From Alloprevotella sp. (GTDB taxonomy: Bacteria > Bacteroidota > Bacteroidia > Bacteroidales > UBA932): DNA of 64,000 nt. Shown here piece after piece: positions 30,362 through 38,814 of the stretch. Below the pieces are notes generated by a model, which did not search any database, was not told where the DNA came from, and worked only from the letters and a program-made list of their open reading frames with translations. The stretch lies in NCBI GenBank assembly GCA_963643135.1, contig CAVIJA010000002.1, positions 23,311 through 87,310 on the forward strand, given 5' to 3'. The position numbers and the translations under genes are program-made. Each line of letters opens with the position of its first letter. The stretch's first letter is position 1.

Positions 30362-30921
30362 CAGATGCCTGCGGTTTCGGTGTCAGTCACGAATTCCGTC
30401 TCGGGCGACGGTCTGCTCAGATCAGGCCGCCCCAGGGACGGAAAGCGGAATCTGTCCCGGACGATGAAAGCATCGGGGAAATCCGGCTTCAGCACCTTGA
30501 GCAGCATCTCAGCCTCAACCCGCGTGCGCAGATTGCCCGCCGACACCTTGAAGTTGGGAGCGGAGAAAGTCCTGTAGACGGGAATATTGGGGTAGAGCGA
30601 ATTGAATCTCGTCATCACCTCCAGCGAAGCCTCGCGGGCGGTCCTGCGGCTGTCGAGAAAAAGGCGTATCCTGTATCCGCTGACGGTCTTGAGGGAGTTG
30701 CCCTCAATCTGGGCGTTGAAAGCGCCGCGCACATCAGGACTCTGGCGGATGACGACATTGTCCGGGAGGACTGAGAATATGTCCCGCCCCAGAAGGGTCG
30801 AATCCACCTGGACTTCCGTCCCGGCACGCTCCGCCTCCTCCCCGGACGCGGAGCTGTTCTGCGCGTTCAGCACACTGAGCGGCATCAGCGCAAAAAACAA
30901 TATGAGAAGGTATCTTTTCAT
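30361..30921 (-). CDS. SPOR-domain (peptidoglycan-binding) secreted protein
   Basis: Signal peptide is present. The C-terminus GYRIRLFLDSRRTAREASLEVMTRF...YRTFSAPNFKVSAGNLRTRVEAEML fits the SPOR repeat pattern. Its stop shares one base with the rpoN ATG. Confidence 0.7.
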   Translation of the reverse strand: MKRYLLILFFALMPLSVLNAQNSSASGEEAERAGTEVQVDSTLLGRDIFSVLPDNVVIRQSPDVRGAFNAQIEGNSLKTVSGYRIRLFLDSRRTAREASLEVMTRFNSLYPNIPVYRTFSAPNFKVSAGNLRTRVEAEMLLKVLKPDFPDAFIVRDRFRFPSLGRPDLSRPSPETEFVTDTETAGI

Positions 30922-31385
30922 ATCCTGTCTTTCAGTTCATCGAGAGGTACGTCGTTGATTTCCACCGTCTTGCCTATCCCTCCGCGCAGGGCGAGCCTGG
31001 CTTTCACCGAAACGGTCAGCCGGCTCAGGTCAGCCTCGCTGCCGAGCAGCCGGAGCAGCTGGAAAGGGTTGAATCCCTCCGCAATGCTCCCCTTGAGCGG
31101 GATATCGTATGTCCTGTCGGAATGTCCTTCCACCATCAGCTGGTCCGCATCGAGATACAGGGCCTCCGCTCCGTCCATCCTGATGGTGGCGTGCAGGGCC
31201 GTCACCTCGAAGCCTATGCCCGGGTTGCGTATGCCGGCCTCAACAAGGGCGGTGATGCCCGAAAGCCCCTGCGGAGCTACGGAGACGAGTCTGAACGACG
31301 TGAGCTCGACATCCTTCACACTGCCGCCGCAAGAGGACAGCAGCACGAGGACAACAGCGAGAATTATGGCTCTTAACCTCTCCAT
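30918..31385 (-). CDS. LEA_2/LEA14-like lipoprotein
   Basis: MERLRAIILAVVLVLLSSCGG lipobox followed by a beta-sandwich-like pattern (VELTSFRLVSV...ALVEAGIRNPG.GFEVTAL.ATI..DG). The track start at 31394 is a GTG; the ATG at 31385 is preferred. Confidence 0.55.
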   Translation of the reverse strand: MERLRAIILAVVLVLLSSCGGSVKDVELTSFRLVSVAPQGLSGITALVEAGIRNPGIGFEVTALHATIRMDGAEALYLDADQLMVEGHSDRTYDIPLKGSIAEGFNPFQLLRLLGSEADLSRLTVSVKARLALRGGIGKTVEINDVPLDELKDRI

Positions 31386-31393
31386 ACGAACCA

Positions 31394-31401
31394 CAAATAT
31401 A
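31394..31401 (-). promoter_or_regulatory. -7 box for the LEA-like/SPOR/rpoN gene string
   Basis: The minus strand reads TATATTTG, 8 nt upstream of the ATG at 31385 and back-to-back with the miaB box. Confidence 0.4.
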
Positions 31402-31412
31402 CGAAAAATCTA

Positions 31413-31420
31413 TATCTTTG
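31413..31420 (+). promoter_or_regulatory. -7 box for miaB
   Basis: TATCTTTG lies 9 nt upstream of the ATG at 31430. Confidence 0.5.
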
Positions 31421-31429
31421 CTCCGCGAT

Positions 31430-32734
31430 ATGAACAAGGTATATATTGAGACATACGGCTGCCAGATGAACGTGGCCGACACGGAGATAGTCTTCTCCAT
31501 ACTTGAAAAGGCGGGATATTCCAGAACGGAAAACATTGACGAGGCTGACGTGATAATGGCCAACACCTGCTCGATCCGCGACAACGCGGAGCAGCGGATA
31601 TGGGGGCGCATCGACGTGTTCAACCTGCAGAAGCGCAGCCGTCCCGACGTGGTCGTGGGGATTCTGGGCTGTATGGCGGAACGCCTCAAGGAGGCTCTGC
31701 TCGAATCCGGCAAGGTCGATGTCGTGGCCGGGCCGGACGCATACCGCAATCTGCCGGATCTTCTCACCGCCGTAGCCGGAGGACAGACGCAGATTGACGT
31801 CCTGCTCTCGCGGGAGGAGACCTACGGAGACATCTCCCCGGTCAGACTTGACAAGAACGGGGTGTCGGCGTTCATATCGATAATGCGCGGATGCAACAAC
31901 GCCTGTTCCTACTGCGTCGTCCCCTATACCAGAGGGGCGGAGCGCAGCCGCGACCCGCACACCATAGTAAGGGAGGCCTGCGAATGTTTCCGCTCCGGAT
32001 ATAGGGAAATCACCCTGCTCGGGCAGAATGTGGACTCATACCGCTTCGACGATATGGACTTCGCGGCCCTGCTCACCGCCGTCGCCCAGGCCGTGCCGGA
32101 GATGAGAATCCGCTTTTCTACCTCCAATCCGCAGGACATCTCAGACAAGGTGCTGCTCGCGATGGCCTCGCATCCGGGCATCTGCCACCATATCCATCTC
32201 CCGGTGCAGTCCGGATCGGACAGGATATTGGAGAAGATGCGCCGCCGCTACAGCCGGGAGTGGTATCTCTCCCGCGTGGAGCGGATCAGGGAGCTGATTC
32301 CGGACTGCGCCATCTCGACGGACGTGATCGCGGGCTTCTGCTCAGAGACCGAGGAAGACCACAGGGACACGCTCAGCCTCTTCGAGAAAGTGGGCTTCGA
32401 CGCCGCATATATGTTCTATTATTCCGAGCGTCCGGGGACCCTGGCCGCGAAGAAATATCCCGACGACGTGGACATCGCGACCAAGACGCGACGCCTGGAG
32501 GAGATCATCGCGCTGCAGAACCGTCTCTCGCTCGAGAGCAACCGGCGCGACATAGGCAGGAAGTTCCGCGTGCTGGTGGAAGGCCCATCGAAGAAGAATC
32601 CGGACGAACTCTGCGGGCGCAACTCCCAGAACAAGATGTGCGTCTGGCCGGACAGCCTCCACAAGGCCGGGGATTTCGTGGAAGTGGAAGTGACGGACTG
32701 CACCCAGGCCACGCTGCTCTGCCGGGAAGCGTAG
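31430..32734 (+). CDS. miaB: tRNA (i6A37) methylthiotransferase MiaB (radical SAM)
   Basis: MNKVYIETYGCQMN, radical-SAM CNNACSYCVVP, and a TRAM C-terminus. The track ORF begins at a TTG (31418) inside the promoter box; the ATG at 31430 is preferred. Confidence 0.93.
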   Translation: MNKVYIETYGCQMNVADTEIVFSILEKAGYSRTENIDEADVIMANTCSIRDNAEQRIWGRIDVFNLQKRSRPDVVVGILGCMAERLKEALLESGKVDVVAGPDAYRNLPDLLTAVAGGQTQIDVLLSREETYGDISPVRLDKNGVSAFISIMRGCNNACSYCVVPYTRGAERSRDPHTIVREACECFRSGYREITLLGQNVDSYRFDDMDFAALLTAVAQAVPEMRIRFSTSNPQDISDKVLLAMASHPGICHHIHLPVQSGSDRILEKMRRRYSREWYLSRVERIRELIPDCAISTDVIAGFCSETEEDHRDTLSLFEKVGFDAAYMFYYSERPGTLAAKKYPDDVDIATKTRRLEEIIALQNRLSLESNRRDIGRKFRVLVEGPSKKNPDELCGRNSQNKMCVWPDSLHKAGDFVEVEVTDCTQATLLCREA

Positions 32735-32756
32735 AGCGCCCCACTGCCATACGACA

Positions 32757-32790
32757 AAGGAGCGGATGTCCTTTCGGGCGTCCGCTCCTT
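32757..32790. terminator. long hairpin between convergent miaB and dnaK
   Basis: AAGGAGCGGA...TCCGCTCCTT, extended by inner pairs to about 15 bp around a TTTC loop. There is no strong U-tract on either strand. Confidence 0.5.
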
Positions 32791-32798
32791 CGCATTAT

Positions 32799-32853
32799 GT
32801 CGACAGTGCCGTTAGCTATGATGAAAAAACAAGGTCGTCAGTGCCGTTAGCTA
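32799..32853. repeat. 20-nt direct repeat (19/20 identical), with the second copy spanning the dnaK stop codon
   Basis: GTCGACAGTGCCGTTAGCTA at 32799-32818 and GTCGTCAGTGCCGTTAGCTA at 32834-32853. Confidence 0.7.
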
Positions 32854-34754
32854 AAGTCAGGCTGAGGGCCTTCCTCGCCGCCCTGAGGCCCCTGCGGGCC
32901 CTGAGGATTCTGCGGATTCTGCGGGCCTTCCGGTCCCTGGGCACCGCCCTGGGCAGCCTTGGCCATATCCTCCGAAGCGGCGTGCCAAGCGGCTTCAAGT
33001 TCGGAATTGTACCTGTCGATGTCCGCGACGTTCTTCTCGTCCACGGCCTTCTTCAGGCCCTCGCAGGCGGACTCGATGGCGGAACGCTTCTCGGCAGGGA
33101 TCTTGTCGCCGTACTCCTTGAGATTCTTCTGGGTCTGGAACACCATCGCATCGGCGTTGTTGATCTTGTCGGCCTTCTCCCTCTCGGCCTTGTCGGCGGC
33201 CTCGTTGGCCTTGGCCTCGTCACGCATCCTCCGGATTTCGTCGTCGCTCAGACCGCTGGAAGCCTCGATGCGGATGTGCTGCTCCTTACCGGTGGACTTG
33301 TCCTTGGCGGATACGCTCAGGATGCCGTTGGTGTCGATGTCGAATGACACCTCGATCTGAGGCACTCCACGCGGCGCCGGGGCTATGCCGTCGAGATGGA
33401 ACACGCCTATCTGCTTGTTGTCCTTGGCCATAGGACGCTCGCCCTGAAGCACGCGGACCTCAACTGAAGGCTGGTTGTCCGCAGCGGTGGAGAACACCTG
33501 GTCCTTGTGGACAGGGATGGTGGTGTTGGACTCGATGAGCTTGGTCATCACGCCTCCCAGGGTCTCGATACCGAGAGAAAGCGGAGTGACGTCGAGCAGA
33601 AGGACATCCTTCACGTCACCTGCAAGCACGCCGCCCTGGATGGCCGCTCCGATGGCGACGACCTCGTCCGGATTGACGCTCTTGTTAGGCTCCTTGCCGA
33701 AGAAGTTCTTCACGAGTTCCTGCACCTTAGGGATACGGGTCGAACCGCCCACGAGCAGAACCTCATCGATGTCAGAAGCGCTCAGATGCGCGTCCGCAAG
33801 GGCCTTGCGGCAAGGCTCGATGGACCTCTGGAAGAGGTCGTCGCAGAGAGCCTCGAACTTGGCGCGGGTGAGGGTCTTGACAAGGTGCTTAGGCATACCG
33901 TCCACGGCCGTGATGTATGGCAGGTTGATTTCTGCGCTGGCGGCGTTGGAGAGTTCGATCTTCGCCTTCTCGGCCGCTTCCTTGAGCCTCTGGAGGGCCA
34001 TAGGGTCCTTCTTGAGGTCGATGCCGCCGTTGTCTGTGGCGAACTCGCGGGCGAGCCACTCGATGATGGCCTGGTCGAAATCGTCGCCTCCGAGGTGGGT
34101 GTCGCCGTTGGTGGACTTCACTTCGAAGACTCCGTCGCCGAGTTCGAGGATGGAGATATCGAAGGTACCGCCGCCGAGGTCATAGACCGCGACTTTCATA
34201 TTCTTGTTCTTCTTGTCCAGACCGTAGGCGAGGGCGGCTGCCGTAGGCTCGTTGATGATTCGCTTCACCTCAAGTCCGGCTATCTTGCCGGCCTCCTTGG
34301 TGGCCTGACGCTGCGAGTCGGAGAAATACGCCGGGACGGTGATGACGGCCTCGGTGACTTCCTGGCGGAGATAGTCTTCCGCCGTCTTCTTCATCTTCTG
34401 GAGGATGATGGCCGAAATCTCCTGCGGAGAATACATACGGCCGTTGATGTCCACACGCGGGGTGTTGTTGTCGCCGCGGACCACGGCATAAGGCACGCGG
34501 GCGATTTCCTTGTCCACCTGTTCGTATGTCTCGCCCATAAATCTCTTGATGGAGAATATGGTGTTCTTCGGGTTGGTGATAGCCTGACGCTTGGCAGGGT
34601 TGCCCACCTTGCGCTCGCCGTTATCCGTAAACGCCACCACTGAAGGAGTGGTGCGCGCGCCTTCATCGTTGATGATTACGGTCGGCTGGTTGCCTTCCAT
34701 AACGGCCACGCAGGAGTTCGTGGTACCGAGGTCAATTCCAATAATCTTTCCCAT
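32847..34754 (-). CDS. dnaK: molecular chaperone DnaK (Hsp70)
   Basis: [21 protein letters not shown], and an unmistakable full-length Hsp70. The C-terminal tail is unusually rich in Gly/Pro/Gln. Confidence 0.97.
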   Translation of the reverse strand: MGKIIGIDLGTTNSCVAVMEGNQPTVIINDEGARTTPSVVAFTDNGERKVGNPAKRQAITNPKNTIFSIKRFMGETYEQVDKEIARVPYAVVRGDNNTPRVDINGRMYSPQEISAIILQKMKKTAEDYLRQEVTEAVITVPAYFSDSQRQATKEAGKIAGLEVKRIINEPTAAALAYGLDKKNKNMKVAVYDLGGGTFDISILELGDGVFEVKSTNGDTHLGGDDFDQAIIEWLAREFATDNGGIDLKKDPMALQRLKEAAEKAKIELSNAASAEINLPYITAVDGMPKHLVKTLTRAKFEALCDDLFQRSIEPCRKALADAHLSASDIDEVLLVGGSTRIPKVQELVKNFFGKEPNKSVNPDEVVAIGAAIQGGVLAGDVKDVLLLDVTPLSLGIETLGGVMTKLIESNTTIPVHKDQVFSTAADNQPSVEVRVLQGERPMAKDNKQIGVFHLDGIAPAPRGVPQIEVSFDIDTNGILSVSAKDKSTGKEQHIRIEASSGLSDDEIRRMRDEAKANEAADKAEREKADKINNADAMVFQTQKNLKEYGDKIPAEKRSAIESACEGLKKAVDEKNVADIDRYNSELEAAWHAASEDMAKAAQGGAQGPEGPQNPQNPQGPQGPQGGEEGPQPDFS

Positions 34755-34849
34755 AATTATATTTTCTTTTAAATTTCACTTCATCCCGTCCCGCCCGACT
34801 CCGGGCAGGACGACAGTATCGTAATCAAAAGGTCTGCCATCCGGGATTC

Positions 34850-34866
34850 TGTGACAAATTGTCACA
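34850..34866. promoter_or_regulatory. 17-bp palindrome upstream of dnaK (candidate operator)
   Basis: TGTGACA-AAT-TGTCACA has perfect 7-bp arms and sits about 95 nt upstream of the dnaK ATG. Confidence 0.3.
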
Positions 34867-34894
34867 AAAGCAGGTCGCGGGGATTGACAAAGCA

Positions 34895-34920
34895 GGCAGG
34901 GAGTCGCGGGACTCCCTGCC
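34895..34920. terminator. perfect 11-bp hairpin downstream of the carboxyltransferase gene
   Basis: GGCAGGGAGTC-GCGG-GACTCCCTGCC. It is flanked by TTTT on the + strand and by TGCTTTG on the - strand. Confidence 0.55.
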
Positions 34921-34975
34921 TTTTCCGTCAATACTGCCTTCAAGCGGCTGCGGCTTAACGGGATGTTCGTGAAAA

Positions 34976-36757
34976 CTATTCGACGAAGGCAACTATCTCC
35001 CCCTTGACGACGTCCTTGCCCTGAGGGGCGGTGACAGCCACGATGCGGCCGTCAAGCGCAGGGATGATCTTCTCCATACCGTAATAGGTCTGGACATAGC
35101 CGCAGGCCTCGCCGGCCTTGACGGCCGTCCCCGCCGCCGGAGCGCAGGAGACGTCCTCAACATCTATCTGCCAGAGCATCTTGCCCTTGACAGGAGACTG
35201 CAGAGGGGTGGCCTTCGGGTACTTCTCCACATATTTGTCCACGTCGAACTCGGGCATCTCCACCACCGGACGCCTGACCACAATCGGGGCGCCGGCCTTG
35301 GCCTTGAGTTCGGAAAGTTCCTTGTTGAAACGCTCTTTCGCCACTCCGCTGCGGTAGTCGCGGTACTGGCGCTCGTGCATCGCGAGCTCGAAGAGTTCCT
35401 CGTCATCCTCTCCGCAGTCCCAGCCTTCGTCCTTCATCATCTGACGGAACTTCGGGAGTTCGTCAGGATATTCGTCCTGCGGGTTGCCGGTGTAGAATTC
35501 CATGCCCTTCTCCTTCGCGAGAGCCACGATTTCCGGAGCGAGCTTGCCGGGAAGAGTACCCATCCTTCCGAGAATCATCCCCCAGGTGTCCTTGTCTATC
35601 GTGCTGAAACGCGGTTTGTTCTGGCTCTGGGCGAGCAGATTCATCAGGGCCGTATTCTTGACATATTGGCTGAACGGGGTCACGAGAGGAGGGTATCCCA
35701 GCTTCGGCCACACGTATTCCACTTCGTTGAAGAGCCTGACCATCAGGGTGTCGAGACTGCTCTCCGGCTTGCCGTTCGCGCGCTCGGAAGCGTTGATGGC
35801 AGCCTTGAAGCCCTTGAGGTCGGCCATCATCGAACCCATCATACCTCCCGGCAGACCGCAGCCCACAAGGAGCGAAGTCATCAGGGAGTTGCTCGGGTTG
35901 ATCCAGTATCCGAGGAAATCGTCGATGAACTCCTGCGTGAGGCGGCGCACCTCCATATAGGCGTCCATATTCAAATCCTTGACAAGGAAACCGTCGGCGC
36001 GCAGCATCTCCCGGATGGTGATCACGTCCGGATGAATCTTTCCCCACGAGAGCGGCTCCACCGCCACGTCGATATAGTCGGCGCCGGCACGGGCGACCTC
36101 CAGCATGGATGCCGGAGCGAATCCCGGTCCGCTGTGTCCGTGGTACTGTATGAGGATATGAGGGTATTTCTTCTTGATGTCGGCGGTGAGTTCCGCGAGG
36201 AAGGTCGGGCGGCCAACTCCCGCCATATCCTTGAGACAGATCTCATCAGCCCCGTATTCCACGAGACGGTCCACCACTCCGAGATAATACTCCACCGTAT
36301 GCACCGGGGAGCAGGTGATGGAGAGCGCAGCCTGCGAGATCATTCCGGCCTTCTTGGCATACTCGATGGAGAGCTTGAGGTTGCGGTGGTCGTTGAGTCC
36401 GCAGAACGAGCGGGCGATGTCCGTCCCCTGGGCCTTCTTGACCTTGAACATGAGTTCGCGCACGTCCGCAGGTACCGGATTCATACGCAGCGCGTTGAGT
36501 CCGCGCTCCAGCATATGGGTCTGAATGCCGGCCTTATGGAAAGGAGCGGTCCACTTGCGCACGGCCACGTTGGGGTTCTCCCCGTAGAGGAGGTTCACCT
36601 GCTCGAAAGCGCCGCCGTTGGTCTCCACGCGGTCGAAACAACCCATGTCGATGATGGCCGGAGCCACCCTCACAAGCTGGTCAACCCTCGGCTGATACTT
36701 GCCGGAGGACTGCCACATATCCCTGTAGACGAGGGAAAACTTTATCTCTTTCGCCAT
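34976..36757 (-). CDS. OadA / PycB / transcarboxylase-5S-type carboxyltransferase with a degenerate C-terminal biotinyl-like domain
   Basis: Collinear with the 5S/OadA fold: CLKDMAGVGRP (carbamyl-Lys motif), YHGHSGPG (HxH), LPGGMMGSM and GYPPLVTPFSQ. The C-terminal 75 aa has the hybrid-barrel pattern but no (A/V)MKM motif. Confidence 0.85.
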   Translation of the reverse strand: MAKEIKFSLVYRDMWQSSGKYQPRVDQLVRVAPAIIDMGCFDRVETNGGAFEQVNLLYGENPNVAVRKWTAPFHKAGIQTHMLERGLNALRMNPVPADVRELMFKVKKAQGTDIARSFCGLNDHRNLKLSIEYAKKAGMISQAALSITCSPVHTVEYYLGVVDRLVEYGADEICLKDMAGVGRPTFLAELTADIKKKYPHILIQYHGHSGPGFAPASMLEVARAGADYIDVAVEPLSWGKIHPDVITIREMLRADGFLVKDLNMDAYMEVRRLTQEFIDDFLGYWINPSNSLMTSLLVGCGLPGGMMGSMMADLKGFKAAINASERANGKPESSLDTLMVRLFNEVEYVWPKLGYPPLVTPFSQYVKNTALMNLLAQSQNKPRFSTIDKDTWGMILGRMGTLPGKLAPEIVALAKEKGMEFYTGNPQDEYPDELPKFRQMMKDEGWDCGEDDEELFELAMHERQYRDYRSGVAKERFNKELSELKAKAGAPIVVRRPVVEMPEFDVDKYVEKYPKATPLQSPVKGKMLWQIDVEDVSCAPAAGTAVKAGEACGYVQTYYGMEKIIPALDGRIVAVTAPQGKDVVKGEIVAFVE

Positions 36758-36786
36758 ATTCGCTGTTTTAGAAGCTGTTTATCCTG

Positions 36787-36794
36787 CAAAGATA
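36787..36794 (-). promoter_or_regulatory. -7 box for the carboxyltransferase gene
   Basis: The minus strand reads TATCTTTG, 29 nt upstream of the ATG at 36757. Confidence 0.5.
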
Positions 36795-36854
36795 ATCGTT
36801 TTTCGCGATTCCTCATTTTGCATCTGCGGCTCTTGCACAGACAAAAATTCTTCG

Positions 36855-36862
36855 TATCTTTG
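36855..36862 (+). promoter_or_regulatory. Bacteroidetes-type -7 box (TAnnTTTG) for tRNA-His
   Basis: TATCTTTG lies 15 nt upstream of the tRNA 5' end. Confidence 0.55.
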
Positions 36863-36877
36863 CAATCCGATTGACAC

Positions 36878-36954
36878 GGTGCGATTAGTTCAGTTGGTAG
36901 AGCACCAGATTGTGGTTCTGGTTGTCGTGGGTTCGAGCCCCACATCGCACCCCA
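36878..36954 (+). tRNA. tRNA-His (anticodon GTG), with encoded G-1 and CCA end
   Basis: Cloverleaf folded by hand. Acceptor GTGCGAT/ATCGCAC, D-stem GTTC/GAGC, anticodon stem CCAGA/TCTGG with loop TTGTGGT, T-arm GTGGG-TTCGAGC-CCCAC. The extra 5' G pairs with C73, followed by CCA. Confidence 0.95.
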
Positions 36955-36959
36955 GACAC

Positions 36960-36996
36960 AAAGAGGGCGACCGCAAAAAATGCAGTCGCCCTCTTT
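36960..36996. terminator. bidirectional hairpin between tRNA-His and the FKBP gene
   Basis: The 12-bp stem AAAGAGGGCGAC / GTCGCCCTCTTT has a 13-nt A-rich loop. It begins 6 nt after the tRNA CCA end. Confidence 0.6.
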
Positions 36997-37015
36997 GGTA
37001 ATTCCCCTTCCCGGC

Positions 37016-37813
37016 CTACTTCTCCGGGGTTTCAGGAGCTGCGGCCACCTTGCCGACCTTGTGGAGTTCGACGTCGAACACCAGGGTGGAATATGGTGGG
37101 ATGACACCGCTGCCCTGCTCGCCGTAACCTATGGCTGACGGAACGTAGAGCTTGATCTTGCCGCCCTCGCCTATGAGCTGAAGGCCCTCACGCCAGCCGG
37201 CGACCACCTTGTCGAGAGTGAAGCTGATAGGCTCCGCATCGGCGGCAACCTCGTCGAACACTTCCCCGTCGGTCAGAGCGCCCTTGTAGTGCACCCATAC
37301 GGTATCGGCCTCAGACGGCTTCACATCGCTGCCCGCCTCGATTATCTCGTACTGCAGGCCTGAAGCCGTAGTGGTGATGCCTGCCTTCTTGGCATTGGAA
37401 GCGAGGAACTTCTCCTCCTTCTCCTTGTTGGAGAGAGAGGTGTAATTGTGCCTCTTCTCGAGATATCCGTTGAAGGTGGCGTTCATCGTGTTCGGATCGA
37501 CCTTGAACTGCTTCACGAAATCCGCGCTGCGGTAGTCTCCCTTAGCCGCCATAAAGTCCTTGATGCCCTTGACGATGGTGTTATAGTTGAGATCATCGCC
37601 GAAATCATAGGACTTCATAAAGCTGCCGAACTGGATACCGAGCAGATAGGCCACGGAATCCTTCTGTGACTTGGTCGGCTTGTAGTCTGAAGCCTTCCTG
37701 ACAGCAGGAACGGCCTCCCCTCCTTCCGCCTCCGCTACCGGAGCCGCACTGTTGTTGCAGGCCATTGCCGCAACGCCCATCATGAGGGCTGCAAAAAAAT
37801 TGTAGATTTTCAT
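37016..37813 (-). CDS. FKBP-type peptidyl-prolyl cis-trans isomerase (FkpA/Mip-like, exported)
   Basis: The signal peptide ends in AAMAC. The C-terminal FKBP domain reads GLQYEIIEAGS...VWVHYKGALTDGEVFD...VVAGWREGLQLIGEGGKIKLYVPS..GYG. Confidence 0.88.
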   Translation of the reverse strand: MKIYNFFAALMMGVAAMACNNSAAPVAEAEGGEAVPAVRKASDYKPTKSQKDSVAYLLGIQFGSFMKSYDFGDDLNYNTIVKGIKDFMAAKGDYRSADFVKQFKVDPNTMNATFNGYLEKRHNYTSLSNKEKEEKFLASNAKKAGITTTASGLQYEIIEAGSDVKPSEADTVWVHYKGALTDGEVFDEVAADAEPISFTLDKVVAGWREGLQLIGEGGKIKLYVPSAIGYGEQGSGVIPPYSTLVFDVELHKVGKVAAAPETPEK

Positions 37814-37843
37814 CTTTTATATAAAAATTAGTTCAGTTACTAT

Positions 37844-38812
37844 CTATAGCTCCCAGGCCAGGGCGGAAGCGCCGAGTATGGCCGCGTCCGACTCCTTGAG
37901 ACTGGAAAACATTATCTTGACCCGGCCCCTCCACTGAGGCATCAGATTGTCGTTCATCGCCGACATCATACTCTCGTAGAGGAATTCCTTCGCCCTTGCC
38001 AGACCGCCGAAAAGCACTATCGCCTCCGGAGAGCTGAACGCCACGAAGTCGGCGAAGCTGTGTCCGAGCAGGCGGGCCGTGTAGTCAAACACCCTGATGG
38101 CGAGGGCGTCCCCTTCCCTGGCCGCATCATAGATGCTCTTGGAAGTGATATTGTCCACCTCCCGGAGCAGGGACGGCTCGTCGCCCGCGTCCAGCCACTC
38201 CCGCGCCGTGCGGGCCACTCCAATCGCCGAGCAGTATGTCTCCAGACAACCGGTCTTGCCGCAGCCGCAGGGACGGCCGTTGTGACGGACGACGTTGACG
38301 TGTCCGAGTTCTCCGGCATTGCCGTCGTGTCCGTACACCACCTTGCCGTTGATGACTATGCCGCTTCCCACTCCCGTGCCGAGGGTGATCATTATGAAAT
38401 CCTTCATCCCCTTGGCGACACCGTAGGTCATCTCGCCCACCGCGGCGGCGTTGGCGTCATTGGTAAGCGACACCGGAATCCCGCCCAGATAGCCGGAGAG
38501 GCCCTTGGCGAACTCCACGATGCGGCCTGACGCCCACTCGATATTGGCGGCGTACTCTATCTGTCCGGTGTAGTAGTTGGCGTTGGGCGCGCCGACTCCG
38601 ATGCCGCGGATGTCGTCAGCGGTCTTGCCCGCATCAGCCACGCAGGCCCTGACGGCCTCCGCGAGGGCCTTGAGATATGCGTCGGCATCATCCGCGAAAG
38701 TGTCCGTGCGCATGACCGACTGCGCGAGGATCTCGCCTCGGGCATTGACGACGCCTATCTTGGAGGTCTGACCCCCGACATCCACTCCGACTACGTATCG
38801 ACTGCTGTCCAT
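37844..38812 (-). CDS. ROK-family sugar kinase (glucokinase-like)
   Basis: VGVDVGGQTSKIGVV, GAPNANY, ROK Zn motif GHV...CGCGKTGCLETYCS. The ATG at 38812 is preferred over the TTG at 38818. Confidence 0.85.
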   Translation of the reverse strand: MDSSRYVVGVDVGGQTSKIGVVNARGEILAQSVMRTDTFADDADAYLKALAEAVRACVADAGKTADDIRGIGVGAPNANYYTGQIEYAANIEWASGRIVEFAKGLSGYLGGIPVSLTNDANAAAVGEMTYGVAKGMKDFIMITLGTGVGSGIVINGKVVYGHDGNAGELGHVNVVRHNGRPCGCGKTGCLETYCSAIGVARTAREWLDAGDEPSLLREVDNITSKSIYDAAREGDALAIRVFDYTARLLGHSFADFVAFSSPEAIVLFGGLARAKEFLYESMMSAMNDNLMPQWRGRVKIMFSSLKESDAAILGASALAWEL

Positions 38813-38814
38813 AA

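Noticed and set aside
34850-34866. Reading the TGTGACAAATTGTCACA palindrome as a CRP/FNR-type site
   Set aside because: The half-sites TGTGA/TCACA are separated by 7 nt rather than the canonical 6, so I report it only as an unassigned palindrome.
36878-37015. tRNA-His as an integration hot-spot (genomic-island boundary)
   Set aside because: The tRNA is followed only by a terminator hairpin and a normal FKBP gene. There is no integrase, no partial tRNA 3'-end direct repeat, and no visible compositional break.
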